Origin: Girardia tigrina
Taxonomy: Eukaryota
Direction of reading: 5' to 3'
DNA length: 51,037 nt
Assembly (NCBI GenBank): GCA_001938485.1
Contig: MQRK01217395.1
Coordinates: forward strand, 23,223-74,259
Shown one piece after another: positions 48,721 to 51,037 of this stretch. The position numbers and the translations under genes were made by a program. Each line of letters opens with the position of its first letter. The stretch's first letter is position 1. The notes under the pieces are model-generated. The model had not been told where the DNA came from. It worked only from the letters and a program-made list of their open reading frames with translations, and did not search any database.

Positions 48721-50529
48721 CAAATGTTCAAAAAAACCTTTGTTTACGCAAATTTGTTAATTAACAGAAAAAAACATTACCGATGATGAAAATTCAAAAA
48801 AAGAAAAAGAAAAACTGAACTTTAAAAAATGAATTGTTGACAATTAAAAAAGAAATTGTTATGCGAAAATTATATTAGGTAAAAAAGAGACAAATTGTAA
48901 AAAATGTGATTTATTTTATTCAATGAAAATAAGGGAAGTGAAAAATTTTGAATGTAAATATTGAATTGAAAATAAATGGCGTTCGAATGGAAATGATGTG
49001 TTTTTTATGAAAATGAGAGTTTAATTGAAAAGAAATCGGGCATAAAAGGAGAATTAGTAAATAAAGAGATAGAATTTTCGTCACGGATGGAAACAAGAGA
49101 AGTTGAATGAGACAGACGTCGACGGTATGATGATGATGATGAGCAAAAGAATAATGCTGAGATGCGTCGACCGTAAAACTTTTTGCGATTCTGATCACTA
49201 GTGAAAGGATATACGATCAATCCCCCCGACTCGAGGATAAGCCACTGTCTCCAGAGTGCGGCAGCCACAATTCCACTGCACACGCTCTGTTATCAGCCTT
49301 GGTCTATCTCAAGCAACAATTTTCAAATGGATTCGCACTTCCGATATGACCGGCAATCAGTTTTCATCGAAGAAAGAGTAGGAAGATCATCTGAAATTTC
49401 AGATGAAAACCTTAACTTATTGCTGAAAATTGAAGTTTTTTAACGCAGAATATGCATACGAGAGCTCTTACAACGTCTAAAAATTATCTCTTTCTCAAAT
49501 CATGACTATTACTTGTTGGTGTTTAAATAGTAACAATTTGACGGAAATCTGACTTTTATTTCATGTCAAGTCTAATGACTTATTTAACGTAACACGTATC
49601 TATACATATTTTGTCTGAGATGTTTCATGAATTTAAGATACTATTAGTTCCATTAACATTAATTCAATGATCAACTAATACATTCATCTGATACCATCCA
49701 TTAGTTTAATAACTTTGTGGCAGTTGGCTATGGGGCATATATAAGAACCATCACCACTCTGTCGTCGAGTGCGCGTTTTCAGATGTAGATTCTTTATATA
49801 TTTTTAATTCTTTCTACTCAGCGAATTCTTTATAGCAATAAAGAAATGTACAGCATACTCTTATGATACACGTTTGAAACATTTTTGGATAATCATTTCT
49901 TTATTCAATAAATCATTATTATCAGAGCCCCCAGATTATTGACCTTAAATCTTGAAAATTTGACCTAAAATCAATAAAAAATTGACTTTTATTGATTTTA
50001 TTGACACTTCAAATATTAAATAAAGCAATTACATCAGGTTTTATTGACTTAAAAAATTGACTATTCTATTTAATAATTACAAAATTAAAATCCCCAGAGT
50101 TTTTCTTTAACAAAGAATATCGGGATCAATCGACCCAAGAATTTGCAAACTTGAAATTATAAATATGTAAATAAAAAAAGACGAAAAACATTTCGTCCAG
50201 CGGAAATAACTTGAGTGACACAAATTCAAAACCAATTACGACATTTTTTTAACCGAGGGCAAACTTTCGAAAAGTCGTATAAAATTTATCTTTTTTGGTC
50301 AATAAATTTTATATCTAAATTTATGTCTTTCTCTTCTTTTTTGCATGTTGGAACCTCCATGGGAACTCCCACTTCAGGGAGTGACAACGAACGCAACAAG
50401 CCTCTTTCAGTTTTTGAGTTACATTGCCTTTGAATAGGTGTTTGAATTCTTTATCATTGCATAAGATTCTTCTTGAATTTAAGCACTCTCTATATTTTGC
50501 CAAGTCATCTCGTTGTCAAAAAGCCAGAG

Positions 50530-50940
50530 CATGTCATGAGCAACACGCTCTCTCATCAGTTGCTTCATCAGCCACAGATTTTGGGGTATCAGAAACCAGT
50601 TCAGAGTTTAAAACTCTTTTGCCTTCATTCAACCCCTTCCTCTTATTGTGCTCATAGAATAAAATATGTCTCTTGGCTAGAATTACTCTGGCCTGAGTCA
50701 ATCCAATCTGTTGGCAGCGTTTCCATTGAATAATATCTCGATTGCAGCTACCATTAGTAGTCAATATACTGCCAAGATAAGAAAATTCTTTCACCCATTC
50801 TATGATGGTCTCATCCCACTTACCTTGCAATATTCCCGTACCCTGAGTCGACCGTAAGGTATATGACTTTTATCTTAGCCGCACTTTTAGTCAATCCAAA
50901 TTCTGAAAATGTGTTCATCAGTATATTAGGGTGAGTCATA
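50530..50940 (-). mobile_element. Non-LTR retrotransposon RT C-terminal fragment
   Basis: IEWVKEFSYLGSILTTNGSCNRDI (F.YLG motif). Confidence 0.7.
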
Positions 50941-51037
50941 AGTTGTGGGGCACTTTTTATTAAAAATTAAAATGTTCATAAAACAACGCACAATAAAGAT
51001 TATGATTCGAAATAAAGTCCATTATGTTCAATACATT

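Noticed and set aside
49117-49172. ATGATGA...CTGA flanked by gtcgacg/cgtcgac (C/D snoRNA-like)
   Set aside because: Only ~35 nt from box C through box D, and the C box is part of a (GAT)n run.

Overview
Very AT-rich eukaryotic (metazoan) genomic DNA from a gapped assembly. Gene style and TE content resemble a triclad flatworm, but that is inference only. The one clearly recognisable host gene is the 3' half of a PTBP/hnRNP-I gene (+; exons ~496-722, 1217-1250, 7562-8010, 8068-8139). It includes a 34-nt frame-shifting exon, missed by the ORF track, at the position of vertebrate PTBP1 exon 11 / PTBP2 exon 10. That exon is preceded by a 266-nt AG-free zone with a CU/YGCY-rich island, which looks like an AS-NMD autoregulatory module. 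A small two-exon orphan gene is likely on the minus strand at 18.4-19.1 kb, and there are weak chains of splice-bounded segments at 9-17.5 kb and 28-30 kb. The rest is dominated by mobile DNA: a full-length Gypsy (CsRn1/Kabuki-like gag) nested in a mariner, a decayed second Gypsy carrying a hAT MITE, Penelope-like fragments, an RLE-type non-LTR fragment, RTE-like and hAT remnants, and many MITEs. The Penelope-like repeat at 26.5-27.6 kb is an inverted pair carrying minimal hammerhead ribozymes, one of them split by a solo LTR. An unexplained multi-stem element lies at 12760-12888.
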